Positions 63,776 through 64,000 of a DNA stretch of 64,000 nt are shown here, in pieces. The translations under genes and the position numbers were made by a program. Location of the stretch: the NCBI RefSeq assembly GCF_018977255.1, contig NW_024704743.1, forward strand, positions 52,516,001 through 52,580,000, given 5' to 3'. Within the stretch, counting starts at the first letter, position 1; every line of letters starts with the position of its first letter. Source of the stretch: Callorhinchus milii. Its lineage: Eukaryota. A model generated the notes under the pieces. That model was given only the letters and a program-made list of their open reading frames with translations, was not told the origin of the DNA and searched no databases.

Positions 63776-64000
63776 TTGTATTGTATTGTATAGGATGTTG
63801 TTGAGTTACATTTAATGAGGATGGAACTATTCTACCTGTTAGGTCTTTAGTTTGTAGGGTTATCAGGAGTCAAGTGGGAAGAATCCCCAACACCACTGAC
63901 AGCTCCACCCCACCCACCCAACTGGAGCCCCACCCTGAGCCAGGGTGACCGGTCTCTCATCAGTAGTTCCCCAGTGTACTGCAGACCCTCCTGCCTCAGG

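Overview
Vertebrate genomic DNA rich in repeats. The SINE/L2/CR1/Deu-SINE landscape suggests a cartilaginous fish, possibly a holocephalan (inference only). The window holds three intracellular clade-B serpin genes with SERPINB1-type exon structure (coding exons of 168 or 165/138/118/143/168 nt plus a last exon, all GT-AG). Two are on the minus strand (<1-5338, cut by the window edge; 10667-21869) and one is divergent on the plus strand (41727-48532). These are followed by a SAMD9/SAMD9L-family gene encoded by one long exon (58323-63349) and split by a single 1-nt frameshift near 60551-60570. The three serpin scaffolds are similar but their reactive-centre loops differ completely: TTR/S, MEK/F and RTKR/F. 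The last is a furin-type R-X-K-R site. Serpin 2 has a 25-aa C-terminal extension ending in -TVL. The remainder is mostly decayed L2 and CR1 LINEs, tRNA-derived SINEs, Deu-domain SINEs, a non-autonomous Helitron, a divergent non-LTR fragment and an unclassified repeat family. An inverted duplicated segment brackets the serpin3+SAMD9 block.
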